Origin: Parcubacteria group bacterium
GTDB lineage: Bacteria; Patescibacteriota; Minisyncoccia; Phycocordibacterales; UBA2135
Length of the DNA stretch: 64,000 nt
Direction of reading: 5' to 3'
Assembly (NCBI GenBank): GCA_016180525.1
Contig: JACPBB010000002.1
Coordinates: 345,980 to 409,979 of the forward strand
Shown in pieces: positions 48,140-57,742 of the stretch. Every line of letters begins with the position of its first letter. Positions within the stretch are counted from its first letter, which is position 1. The notes beneath the pieces are model-generated. The model was not told where the DNA came from. It saw only the letters and a list, made by a program, of their open reading frames with translations, and did not search any database. The position numbers and the translations under genes are program-made.

Positions 48140-48197
48140 CAGGCGATATAACACTAATTTAAAAAGCGATTCCATAATAGGAACCGCTAAAAATGAA

Positions 48198-48644
48198 TTA
48201 ACTATTTAACGATAAACAAGAATTGGATTTGCGGGGATTATGTGCTGCAATGATGCCGCATATTGCATCTATAAGTTTTGGAGGGTATCTTAAATTTGGA
48301 TTTTGACGTTCTTCTTGTATTAGTGCTTGTAATTTTTCTCGAAATTCTATTGGGTCTCTGTCGTCAGTTGAAAAATCTGATGAAATACCAGTCTCAAGCG
48401 TTTCTCTGCTGCTAAGTGGGTATTGATCTGTAATTGCGTAATAGCGCACGGAAACATGATGGTGGTCAGAAGATCGGAGGAGCCAGAACGTGCCTGTACC
48501 TAGATCAACAATTCTACATACACCCTGAGTGTCTTTACAAATATGAGGCGCTGATCCTTTAAGTTCTGAATCAGATATTACCTCTCCGTTTTGGTTGAAA
48601 AAAGATAATGTTTCATACTTTGAATACGGAATAACAATGAACAT
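48198..48644 (-). CDS. Hypothetical protein
   Basis: 148 aa; GGAAGGGG SD-like site, TTGACT upstream. Confidence 0.6.
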   Translation of the reverse strand: MFIVIPYSKYETLSFFNQNGEVISDSELKGSAPHICKDTQGVCRIVDLGTGTFWLLRSSDHHHVSVRYYAITDQYPLSSRETLETGISSDFSTDDRDPIEFREKLQALIQEERQNPNLRYPPKLIDAICGIIAAHNPRKSNSCLSLNS

Positions 48645-48764
48645 ATATGAACAACCCCTTCCGTTATTTTTCCTTTTTACAGGGTAATTCTTTTAATGTA
48701 TATAGTCAAGTTTTTACTAAAACACCCCCTCACTCTTTAAGAGTGAGGGGGTGTTTTGAAATTT

Positions 48765-49910
48765 TTATTTATCTTTTTTTGAACGTCGCAGGAATGCGGG
48801 CACTGCGCCCCACTCCTCGTCATCAGATTCTCCCGCTGCGTCAACGGTTCGTTTTGCTCCTTCATTGACAGCGTTCATCAGCTCTTCCTTTTTATGATTT
48901 TTTTTTCCGCTGTCAGACAAAAAAGAATTGAATAATGGCTTATGATTGCTTGAATTGTCAGGGAAACCGGAGGCAATAACGGTAATTTTCACTTCTCCTT
49001 TTCCTAGTTTAGGGTCATTGATAGCGCCAAAGATAACTTTTGCGTCACCCGCGATTGATTCGGTAATAATCTTTGCCGCCTCCTGGATTTCATGCATGCC
49101 AAGGTCTGGGCCGCCGGCAATCGCAAAGAGTATGCCTTTTGCTCCGTTTACCGATATATCAAGCAGCGGAGAGTTGATAGCCATGCGTGCCGCGTGTTCC
49201 GCTCGTTTTTCTCCAGCCGCGCGTCCGACTCCCATAAGCGCGGAACCTGCTTCTGCCATAACAGCTCTGATGTCCGCAAAGTCAACATTGATGACTCCAG
49301 GCGTCGTAATTAAATCTGAAATACCTTCAACGGCCTGTCGCAATACCTCATCGCTCATCGCAAATGCGTCAAGTGCCGACATTTCTTTTTTTACAATTTG
49401 TAGTAGGCGGTCGTTCGGAATAATGATGAGCGCGTCAACTTCATTTTGAAGCTCCGAGAGTCCGTTTAACGCAATGTTCATTCGCTGTGTTCCTTCAAAG
49501 AAAAATGGTTTCGTGACAACTCCGACGGTAAGCGCTCCCGCTTCTCGCGCTGTTTTCGCAATAATCGGCGCTGCACCGGTGCCCGTGCCTCCGCCCATAC
49601 CCGCGGCAATAAAGACCATGTCCGAGCCCTTGATGGAGTCCTGAATTTCCGTGCGAGTTTCTTCGGCGGCTTTTTTGCCGACTTCAGGATTCATTCCAGC
49701 ACCCAATCCCTTTGTTAAGTTTTTTCCAAGATGGATTTTTTTAGGAGCGACTGATTTTTGAAGGTCTTGCACATCCGTGTTCATTACCATAAATTCAACG
49801 CCGCGTACTTTGGAATTGATCATGTGGTTCACGGCATTACCGCCGGCTCCTCCTACGCCGACTACATAAATACGCGCGAATGCTTCAATGCCTGGTTCAA
49901 TTTTTGCCAT
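48765..49910 (-). CDS. ftsZ: Cell division protein FtsZ
   Basis: GVGGAGGNAV, GMGGGTGTG, NVDFAD, C-terminal VPAFLRR. Confidence 0.98.
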   Translation of the reverse strand: MAKIEPGIEAFARIYVVGVGGAGGNAVNHMINSKVRGVEFMVMNTDVQDLQKSVAPKKIHLGKNLTKGLGAGMNPEVGKKAAEETRTEIQDSIKGSDMVFIAAGMGGGTGTGAAPIIAKTAREAGALTVGVVTKPFFFEGTQRMNIALNGLSELQNEVDALIIIPNDRLLQIVKKEMSALDAFAMSDEVLRQAVEGISDLITTPGVINVDFADIRAVMAEAGSALMGVGRAAGEKRAEHAARMAINSPLLDISVNGAKGILFAIAGGPDLGMHEIQEAAKIITESIAGDAKVIFGAINDPKLGKGEVKITVIASGFPDNSSNHKPLFNSFLSDSGKKNHKKEELMNAVNEGAKRTVDAAGESDDEEWGAVPAFLRRSKKDK

Positions 49911-50130
49911 GATATTTTAGGGTATAGGGTTTAGGGTATAGGGTTTAGAAAAACTAAAAGCTAAACACCAAACACCATGTTAACAGAGCACCAGTAAATC
50001 GACTGTTTACTCTGCATATTAATTTACTTTTAAATTACCAGAAAAAAAGACACTGACAATATTGACAAACGATACAGTATTTTTTTTAATATTCTCTTCA
50101 GAAATGAAGAAAAGTAAGGCGATGATGTTT

Positions 50131-51300
50131 TTATGGGAGAAATTGCTTGCTCCAAGAAGCAAGCGACTTCCAATAATCTTCAATGTTTCGGCCTCTATTT
50201 GTAAGATCCACTCCATATGGCTCATGAATTCCCAAAATACAGAGTCCGTACGCAACAGACCAAATGGGGTCTTTTACTTTAATCTGTGCGTTACCCGGTG
50301 TGTGAGGCACTGCTATGCGAGCGGGGAGTTTTAATGTTGCTTTTGCGAGGTCCTCTGTCGTCGCGATGCCCGAGCCTCCTCCCGCAATTACTATTCCAGC
50401 AGGCAACAGCCCGCTTCTGCCGACTTTTTTCAAATGTGCCTCCACTAATTCAAAAATGTCAGACATCCGCGCCTCAATGATTTCAGCGAGTTTTTTTTGA
50501 GAAAATCCTTCACCAGTAAGCGTTCCCATTTTTACATTTTCCGCTTCCTCGAGAGGAATTTTAAGGCCAAGGGCGATGTCATTAGTGATGTCAGTTGACC
50601 CTATGGGGAATACTTCAAGTGAAGTTGGTTTGTCATTTTCAAATACCGCAAGGGACACGGTTTCAGCTCCGATATTGACTAACACACAGCCGGCAATTCG
50701 CTGTGCTTGAGTTAATGTAACCAAACTTGCGGCGACAGGCGATGCGGCAACATTTACCACCGTGACCCCGGCTTCTTCCACCGCTTCAACAAAATCATCC
50801 AAATGTTGCGCGAGGCAGGTGATCAAAAGAACTTTTACTTCAAATTTAACACCGCGCATTCCGAGTGGTCGCCCCAAAATTTCTTTTCCATCAAGTTTGT
50901 AATGGAGCACGACTTCGTGAATCACTTTTTTATTGGTAAGATTTTCTGCTTTTTCTTTACTTGCCGCGATTGCTCGTTCAATATCAAGCGCGGTAATTTC
51001 CCCGTCAACCCTTGAGATAAGAGTGGAGCCGACGCCAATAGTTGCTCCAAGAGAAAGGCCCCCAACGGCAATAAGCGCTTGCCGTACTTTTTCCCCCGAA
51101 TCTTTTTCAGCCCGCGCAATGGCTTCTCTTACGCTCCTGGTTGCCTCATCTATTTGGGTAATATATCCATGACGCAGCCCCCGAGACTCCGCGCTTCCTA
51201 CCCCGAGCACTTTTATTCCAGCACCTTTTTTATTTCGTTCGGCAATTACCACTCGCGTGTTTCGTGTTCCTATGTCAATGCCGGTAGTAATGGTGCTCAT
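50131..51300 (-). CDS. ftsA: Cell division protein FtsA
   Basis: GIDIGT, GS..ITNDIA; immediately upstream of ftsZ. Confidence 0.95.
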   Translation of the reverse strand: MSTITTGIDIGTRNTRVVIAERNKKGAGIKVLGVGSAESRGLRHGYITQIDEATRSVREAIARAEKDSGEKVRQALIAVGGLSLGATIGVGSTLISRVDGEITALDIERAIAASKEKAENLTNKKVIHEVVLHYKLDGKEILGRPLGMRGVKFEVKVLLITCLAQHLDDFVEAVEEAGVTVVNVAASPVAASLVTLTQAQRIAGCVLVNIGAETVSLAVFENDKPTSLEVFPIGSTDITNDIALGLKIPLEEAENVKMGTLTGEGFSQKKLAEIIEARMSDIFELVEAHLKKVGRSGLLPAGIVIAGGGSGIATTEDLAKATLKLPARIAVPHTPGNAQIKVKDPIWSVAYGLCILGIHEPYGVDLTNRGRNIEDYWKSLASWSKQFLP

Positions 51301-51377
51301 GAAGATATACTTTCCGATAATGTGATAATCGGATTTTATTTATAGAAATAGTAAGAGGAAATGTGTGTTAAAAATTT

Positions 51378-51782
51378 TTAAATAACGACAGAAAATTTTT
51401 TTCGCACACGCGCCTCCTTATCTTCCATTGTACTATTATGGCGGTACCCCTTCAAATGAAATAAGCCATGTATAAACAGGTACAGAATCTGATTTTTAAG
51501 CATTCTTTTGTTTGTGTGTGCTTCCCAACGAGCCTCTTCAATGTCAATAAAAAGCTCACCCATATGTGTTTCAAGGGGGAAACTTAACACGTTTGCCGGA
51601 TTGTTTTTTTTACGATAGCGTTTGTTGAGATTTTTGGAAAGGGCGTTTTTGATAAATACAATACTCAAATTATACTGTTTTCCTAAAACCGTATTTTTAA
51701 TATCGGAAAACGGCAGGCGAGGAAGCCTGCCGTTTGTTTTGTTTGTAATAGAGATCGTAGAAAAGGCGTTTTTAGCCCTCAT
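51378..51782 (-). CDS. ybeY: rRNA maturation RNase YbeY
   Basis: LNKRYR..NVLSFP..HGLFHLKGYRH. Confidence 0.92.
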   Translation of the reverse strand: MRAKNAFSTISITNKTNGRLPRLPFSDIKNTVLGKQYNLSIVFIKNALSKNLNKRYRKKNNPANVLSFPLETHMGELFIDIEEARWEAHTNKRMLKNQILYLFIHGLFHLKGYRHNSTMEDKEARVRKKFSVVI

Positions 51783-51784
51783 AA

Positions 51785-52018
51785 TTATGATGGTATTCGG
51801 CCAAGCTTTTTTAATTTTTCTGTTTCCTTATGTTTTGCAATTCGTTTCAGCGCTCGAGCCTTTTTTTTAAATTTTGATTCTGCTCGTTCAGCAAAACGGT
51901 TTGTTCTCACAAACCGTAAAATACCGGATCCTTGCATCCGTTTGGTGAATCTGCGCACGAGTGACGCGTTTGATTCGTTTGCGTTTTTGGCGACTTCTAC
52001 GTTAACAGCTGAATTCAT
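51785..52018 (-). CDS. rpsU: 30S ribosomal protein S21 (divergent)
   Basis: NES..SLVRRFTKR..SGIL..F..S pattern, basic, 77 aa. Confidence 0.7.
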   Translation of the reverse strand: MNSAVNVEVAKNANESNASLVRRFTKRMQGSGILRFVRTNRFAERAESKFKKKARALKRIAKHKETEKLKKLGRIPS

Positions 52019-52090
52019 TGTTATGGATTATATATAAAACCTTTTTATTTGCAACTAAAATTATGGCCAACATCCAAGTTATATTTGTTT

Positions 52091-52153
52091 CACGGGCGCA
52101 TATGTTTTTAGCCCTATCCCTACCCCATACCCCTAAAAACATATGCGCCTGTG
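52091..52153. repeat. Long hairpin (21-bp stem) with a heptamer-repeat loop
   Basis: cacgggcgcatatgtttttag ... ctaaaaacatatgcgcctgtg. Confidence 0.7.
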
Positions 52154-52178
52154 TGGAACGATCTTTAGTCCTCTTTAG

Positions 52179-53567
52179 CTATACGTGTTTTTTAAGATAA
52201 TCTCCCAGCTTATCAATGGGTACAGTTTCTTGCGAACGGGTTTTCATGTTACGAACGATGACCGCGTTTTCGTTTGCTTCCTTTTGTCCCAGTATAATGA
52301 TGTAGGGGATTCCTATTCTCTCCGCGATACCAAGCTGGACAGAGAGCTTGTCTTTGTTTATGGAATGCATGAGGGGAATCCGCACTTTTCGAAGTGCTTC
52401 TATAACCGTGAAGCTTTTCAGTTTTGCTCCTGTGCCAATCTGTATAAAATATATTTTTGGTTTTTTAACTATTCTCGGGCGTGGCATGGAATACCCCGGC
52501 GCGGAGAGCACTCGGTCAACTCCGATTGCGGAACCAACAGCGGGAATGTCGCGGCGGCTTCCCAAAGCTCTCGCAAGATGGTCGTATCTGCCGCCCCCAC
52601 CCAAAGAAAGCATTGGTTCCGCACTCGTTTTTTCTTTTGATTCTCGTGAAGGCTTTGTTTCCGTATTCTTAGTTTCTGTATTTTCTTTCGTATTTTCTGC
52701 TGAGCTTTCTTCCTGCTCGGATACAACCTCAAAGACAGTGCGGGTGTAGTAATCAATACCTCGCACCAAGGTGTGTTTTAGAAAATAAGGAATTTGCATT
52801 ATCTCTAGATACTCCAGTACTTCTTTAAAATGCTCCCTGCAATCTTCACACAGGAACCCCATGATGTCGGGTGATTTTTCAGCAAGTTCTTTACAAGCGG
52901 CTTCTTTACAGTCAAGTAGACGAAGCGGATTTTTCTTTAAACGCATTCTGCAGTGCGCGCAGATTTTATTAATATGTTTTCTGTAATATGCCGTGAGTTC
53001 TCGTATATAATTCGGCCGACAGCGAGAATCTCCGATACTGTTTATCAATATAGTAAGGTTTTTGATTCCAACCTCTTCCAATATGAGATGCGTCAGTTTA
53101 ATGGTAAGCGCATCAATAATGGGCTCTGCCGCTCCTATGGTTTCAAATCCAAATTGAAAAAATTCCCGAGCGCGTCCTTTCTGCGGTTTTTCATGGCGGA
53201 AAAAGGGACCATAATAATAGAGCATGACCGGCTGGGGGAGCGAGTGCATGCCGTGTTCCAAATATGCCCGCATAATACCCGCAGTGCCTTCGGGACGAAG
53301 CGCAAGACGGTCTTTCCCTTTTGTTGAGAAACTATACATTTCCTTACCCACGATATCGGTTTCCAAGCCTACTCCGCTGGTGAAGACGCCTTCCTTTTCC
53401 AAAATAGGTGTTTCAATGGGCTTGAATCCGTAATAGAGCGCGATTTCCGCGGCCTTTTCAAAAAATCCCTGATATGACAAAAAATCTTCATGCAATATGT
53501 CACGCATGCCTTTTGGCGACAGAAGCGCGCCCGGCTTTTTTTCTTTTGAAGAATTTTTTTTGCTCAT
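52179..53567 (-). CDS. hisS: Histidine--tRNA ligase
   Basis: PKGMRD, LRPEGTA, FRHEKPQKGR, RGIDYY, GGGRYD motifs. Confidence 0.97.
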   Translation of the reverse strand: MSKKNSSKEKKPGALLSPKGMRDILHEDFLSYQGFFEKAAEIALYYGFKPIETPILEKEGVFTSGVGLETDIVGKEMYSFSTKGKDRLALRPEGTAGIMRAYLEHGMHSLPQPVMLYYYGPFFRHEKPQKGRAREFFQFGFETIGAAEPIIDALTIKLTHLILEEVGIKNLTILINSIGDSRCRPNYIRELTAYYRKHINKICAHCRMRLKKNPLRLLDCKEAACKELAEKSPDIMGFLCEDCREHFKEVLEYLEIMQIPYFLKHTLVRGIDYYTRTVFEVVSEQEESSAENTKENTETKNTETKPSRESKEKTSAEPMLSLGGGGRYDHLARALGSRRDIPAVGSAIGVDRVLSAPGYSMPRPRIVKKPKIYFIQIGTGAKLKSFTVIEALRKVRIPLMHSINKDKLSVQLGIAERIGIPYIIILGQKEANENAVIVRNMKTRSQETVPIDKLGDYLKKHV

Positions 53568-53570
53568 GTT

Positions 53571-54158
53571 TTATTGCACGTATGAAGCGAGTCCCGGAAA
53601 CACCGAGATATGATTGAATGGAAATAGTCGGACAAGGGCGCGGCCAACGACAAGTTCGCGGGGAAGTGCTCCCCACGAACGGGAATCAAGGCTTGCCCCG
53701 CGATTGTCTCCCATAACGAAATATTCTTTTTCCTGCAATGCAACAGTTGTTGTATCACTAAAGACAGCTGTATTATATGACTCTTCTAAAACAAATTCTT
53801 CTCTGGAAACACTGTTCTTAATGGTAACCACCCCGCGCTCTATTGATATTGTTTCTTGCGGTAGGGCAATAATTCTTTTAATAAAAAATTTTGAAGGGTC
53901 TTTTGGATATCTGAACACAATTACATCTCCACGCTCCGGTTCATGAAAGCGATATGAAAGTTGGTCTACTATTAAATAGTCTCCGTTTTCAAATGTGGGC
54001 ACCATTGATGTGCCGCTGACGATATAGGGTTGGGCGACATATACGCGAATGGGCACGACGATAATGAGCGCCAAAAACACGAACTTGGCAATTTCCAAAA
54101 CAAAAGATTTAATGGAACCTTCTTGTGTTTCATTTTTTTGAAGTTCTTCAGGCAGCAT
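53571..54158 (-). CDS. lepB: Signal peptidase I
   Basis: SMVPT, FIKRII, GDNRGASLDSR motifs. Confidence 0.95.
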   Translation of the reverse strand: MLPEELQKNETQEGSIKSFVLEIAKFVFLALIIVVPIRVYVAQPYIVSGTSMVPTFENGDYLIVDQLSYRFHEPERGDVIVFRYPKDPSKFFIKRIIALPQETISIERGVVTIKNSVSREEFVLEESYNTAVFSDTTTVALQEKEYFVMGDNRGASLDSRSWGALPRELVVGRALVRLFPFNHISVFPGLASYVQ

Positions 54159-54237
54159 TATGCAATTGTAATACAATTTTGTGTTTTATACAAAAATAAA
54201 CCCCGCGCGACTTTGGTCGCGCGGGGAAACGAGAGTG

Positions 54238-54654
54238 TCAGATGCCGCCTTTTGTGCCGAACAGCATCTTTTTGTTCTTTTTCTGACGTTTGTTGGCGCA
54301 CGGGACGATCCACAGTACGCCAGCGAGCGTAAGAGCAGCAATCGAAAGAGAAAACACCGTGTCTAGTGCCGAATAGCCCTTGCTGGACCAACCGTAGAAC
54401 ATGGCTAGAAGATCCATTGTCCAGAAGGCTTCGCCGACGATGATGGTGTTTGCGAAGATTCTGCCATTCGGCACGAGCATGACGAGTTCACCGCACGCGA
54501 CGATGCTCGGGGCGGCGGCAACGACAGCCATGACCGCTATCACGACGAGGTGTGGCGCGAATCCGCCAAGTGATGCGAATACCCACGCAACTATGACGGC
54601 AGCAAGAGCCGTCACGAGCGTTTGCGAAAAGTATACCAACCGTACGAGATTCAT
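54238..54654 (-). CDS. Hypothetical membrane protein
   Basis: 4 TM, AGGGAG SD, TTGACA upstream, GC-rich hairpin downstream. Confidence 0.6.
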   Translation of the reverse strand: MNLVRLVYFSQTLVTALAAVIVAWVFASLGGFAPHLVVIAVMAVVAAAPSIVACGELVMLVPNGRIFANTIIVGEAFWTMDLLAMFYGWSSKGYSALDTVFSLSIAALTLAGVLWIVPCANKRQKKNKKMLFGTKGGI

Positions 54655-54755
54655 TTTCCGTACTCCCTATTCAGTTTTAACTAATTAAAACATATCATAA
54701 GACCATATCTCTGTCAAGCCCCTTACCTTGCGCCCAATGCTCTATACTTAATTAC

Positions 54756-55364
54756 ATGTCATATGTAATCGTCGGACTTGGAAATCCTGGAGTAGAATAT
54801 GAAAACACGCGGCACAATAGTGGGCGGAGCGCTGTACTTTATTTTTGGAAAAAGCAAAATTTTCCGGAATGGGAGAAAAATAAAAAATTAAACGCGCTTG
54901 TTTCAGAAGGAAAAATCAAAACCCCGCATGTAAGGGGCAAGGAAGAAAAGGTAATGCTTGTACTGCCGCAGACTTTCATGAATAAGTCAGGCACAAGCGT
55001 TGCGCCGCTTGTTAAAAGCAAAAAACAAGCAGAACGGCTTGTGGTGGTTCATGACGACCTTGATTTACCACTTGGCTCTCTCAAGATAGTTTTTAATCGC
55101 GGCTCCGGCGGGCACAAAGGGGTAGAATCGGTAAAGCGGGCAGTGAAAACGGAAGGATTTGTCCGCATCCGTATCGGTGTTTCTCCTGCAACTGCTTCCG
55201 GAAAACCAAAAAAACCGGACGGTTCACTTGTGAATGATTTTATAGTAGCCGCTTTTCGGCCCAAAGAAACGGAATTGCTTAAAAAAGTCACTAAACGCGT
55301 TGCGGATATTCTGCAAACTATCGTGGAAGAAGGAAAAGAAAGAGCGATGAATAAGTTTAATTAG
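54756..55364 (+). CDS. pth: Peptidyl-tRNA hydrolase
   Basis: GLGNPG..TRHN, TFMNKSG, HDDLDL, GGHKG motifs. Confidence 0.96.
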   Translation: MSYVIVGLGNPGVEYENTRHNSGRSAVLYFWKKQNFPEWEKNKKLNALVSEGKIKTPHVRGKEEKVMLVLPQTFMNKSGTSVAPLVKSKKQAERLVVVHDDLDLPLGSLKIVFNRGSGGHKGVESVKRAVKTEGFVRIRIGVSPATASGKPKKPDGSLVNDFIVAAFRPKETELLKKVTKRVADILQTIVEEGKERAMNKFN

Positions 55365-55522
55365 TCACCGTCCATCAGTCACTAGCCACTGCCACCAGTC
55401 ATTAGTTGTTGTGTTGCGTATGTGTGCGTCACATTTTCTACATTGAAAGAAATATAAAAGATGTCATGAGAGAGATGGCCGCAAAAAAAGCTCGACCGAA
55501 GTCGAGCCTTTCACCAAGCGGT

Positions 55523-55618
55523 CTAGAGGCCAAACAGGGCGCGAAGGAACCGGAAAGGATGATTTTTTGTCCACATGAGAAACTCACGGCGAGTCATTTG
55601 TTGGTTCTTCTGCTGCAT
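55523..55618 (-). CDS. 31-aa peptide
   Basis: AGGAGGT SD, TTGACA upstream, hairpin terminator; MQQKNQQMTRREFLMWTKNHPFRFLRALFGL*. Confidence 0.5.
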   Translation of the reverse strand: MQQKNQQMTRREFLMWTKNHPFRFLRALFGL

Positions 55619-55876
55619 GGTGATACCTCCTGAATAGTTACTGATTGAAGTGTGGCATACTTCCATACAAAATGTCAAGAAAATATAAGCGTATTTCGTC
55701 AATGGAAAGAAATATAAGCATTGCCATGGCAACGCTTGGAATCGCGACGTTCGGAGGAAAATGAAAACAAGTTTTCATTTTCCTCCTCGCCTCTGATTGT
55801 AAAAAGTGTCATGGGAAATGATGGCAAAGAAAAAACCACCGTTTCTTTTGGAGGGCGGTGGCCACGGCTAGGGGAT

Positions 55877-56170
55877 TCATTTGTTGGTGCGCTGTTCAAT
55901 TTCATTTAACCACGCCGTGCGTGTGGCATGTGAGCGACTTAGAAATGCAGCGCGTCTCCGGTTCTCGGAATAAGCAAGAGAGAAGGCCTCATGGTAATTT
56001 CCAAAAACTTGACCAAGAATATCATATTTCGGACAGGCAAGGTTGAGCTTGCGTATGTCAATTTTCTGGGCCCATTCAAATAGTACACTGGCATCCAGCA
56101 ATCTTGCGGCTTGTTTAACTAATACACCAACTACCCTGGGATGGTAGTACCACTCTAATCTGCTTTTCAT
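55877..56170 (-). CDS. Hypothetical protein
   Basis: ORF with uncertain start; CPKYDILGQVFGNY. Confidence 0.5.
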   Translation of the reverse strand: MKSRLEWYYHPRVVGVLVKQAARLLDASVLFEWAQKIDIRKLNLACPKYDILGQVFGNYHEAFSLAYSENRRRAAFLSRSHATRTAWLNEIEQRTNK

Positions 56171-56353
56171 GCCCGGTTTTTTGAGCAAATGACGGCAGCA
56201 TCTCCGTTTTTTTGGCATCGGACACTTCCTGCTGTTGGTGCGCTTCCGCAAAGATAACATAAGTAATATCGAAAGTCAAATTTTTACAGCGTAATCATTT
56301 TAACAAACAAAAAATCATCCCGATACCCGTCGGGATGATTTTTTGTTTAATTT

Positions 56354-57742
56354 CTATTCTTTCGCCTCCGTTTTTTCTGGTTCTTTGTGGGAGAGTGTCA
56401 TTCGCTGCTCTGTTGGCTCAAAAAGGGTAATTTTGAATGAATATTTTTTCCCAAGTTCAAGCGCGTCTTTAAGCGCTTTTTCGGTACCGAACTCTGAAAT
56501 ATGATTAAGGCCGGCAACTCCTTCTTCAATAGAGACAAGCGCTCCGTGTTTGTTATGTTTAATCACGACACCATCAACAGTGTCTCCTTTTTTGTATTTT
56601 TTACCCGCGGCCACCCACGGATTTTCTTTAAGTACTTTTATGGAGAGAGAAATTTTGTCTCCTTTTACTTCAATAACCTGCGCCTTCACTTTTTCCCCGA
56701 CTTTAAACAACATGCGCGGATTCTCAACGAGACCCCAATCCATTTCTGAAATATGCACGAGTCCTTCAAGCCCCTCTTCAACTTTCACAAAAGCACCGAA
56801 ATCAACGATACCGGTAATCTCTCCTTCCACAATATCGCCCACTTTGTATTTTTCAACGATTTCACCTTTGCCCTGCTGTTCTGGTCCTTTTTCTGAAAAA
56901 ATGAGCTTCCCTTCTTTTGGCGAGGCAGAGATAATGATGACCTGGAGATTTTTCCCCACAAGTTTTTGAAGTTCAATAAGAATTTTATCCTTATCACCGT
57001 CCAGTACGCGTGGATAATGCTCCGTTTTGAGTTGTGATGCCGGCACAAATCCGGGAATGCCTTGCCACTCTAAAATGAGTCCGCCTTTGTTTGCTTCTTT
57101 AACAGGAAGTTCTAACAATGTTTTGTTACGGATTGCTTCTTCGGCACTGTTCCAGATAAGCGCCTGGCGTGCCTCTTTGAGCGATAGTTCAACATAGCCG
57201 TCTTCGTTTTCCCGCTCCACAACCTTTGCGGTAATATTATCGCCGACATTTATTTTTTTAATAATATCGCTCGCATTTCTAAACTCCCTCCCATAAATGA
57301 TTCCCGTGCCGAACGGGCCAAGGTCAATAAACAATTTTGATTTATCAATTTCTATAACGGGACCGAGAACCAAATCTCCCTCTTCCGGGGGATTTTTAGT
57401 GTTCTCCATAATTTTAACCATTGGATGGCTGGCCATGGGCCGAGCGTTTTGTAAGGGAACATACGCCGCTCTTGATTCAGCGTTCGCAGATTCAAATTTT
57501 TTATCAGATTTTTTTGTGGAGGTGGATACGGGAGGAGAGACAACGGCCTCTTCCGCGACAAGAGATGCCTTTGAAGTTTCTTTAGGTTGCTCTATTTTTT
57601 TTCCGACGCTCGCTTCTGGCGAGATCGGGACCCCGACCCCTTTGGGCGTCGGAGCCTCTTTTACGATAATTTTTTTTGTTTCTTCTTTTCCTTCCTCTTT
57701 TTTAGACTTTTTAAGTTTAAATAATGATTTAATTAACGCCAT
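56354..57742 (-). CDS. rpsA: 30S ribosomal protein S1 (four S1 domains, low-complexity N-terminal extension)
   Basis: NKGGL, GFVPASQ, DFGAFV..GLVHISE, ISLSIK motifs. Confidence 0.92.
   Translation of the reverse strand: MALIKSLFKLKKSKKEEGKEETKKIIVKEAPTPKGVGVPISPEASVGKKIEQPKETSKASLVAEEAVVSPPVSTSTKKSDKKFESANAESRAAYVPLQNARPMASHPMVKIMENTKNPPEEGDLVLGPVIEIDKSKLFIDLGPFGTGIIYGREFRNASDIIKKINVGDNITAKVVERENEDGYVELSLKEARQALIWNSAEEAIRNKTLLELPVKEANKGGLILEWQGIPGFVPASQLKTEHYPRVLDGDKDKILIELQKLVGKNLQVIIISASPKEGKLIFSEKGPEQQGKGEIVEKYKVGDIVEGEITGIVDFGAFVKVEEGLEGLVHISEMDWGLVENPRMLFKVGEKVKAQVIEVKGDKISLSIKVLKENPWVAAGKKYKKGDTVDGVVIKHNKHGALVSIEEGVAGLNHISEFGTEKALKDALELGKKYSFKITLFEPTEQRMTLSHKEPEKTEAKE

Noticed and set aside
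48023-48175. N-terminal extension of the 47660 ORF
   Set aside because: It reads through the 74-bp repeat in another frame and is unlikely to be coding.
52615-52725. Insertion in hisS as an intein or mobile element
   Set aside because: Short E/K/T-rich slippage-type loop with no intein motifs or inverted repeats.
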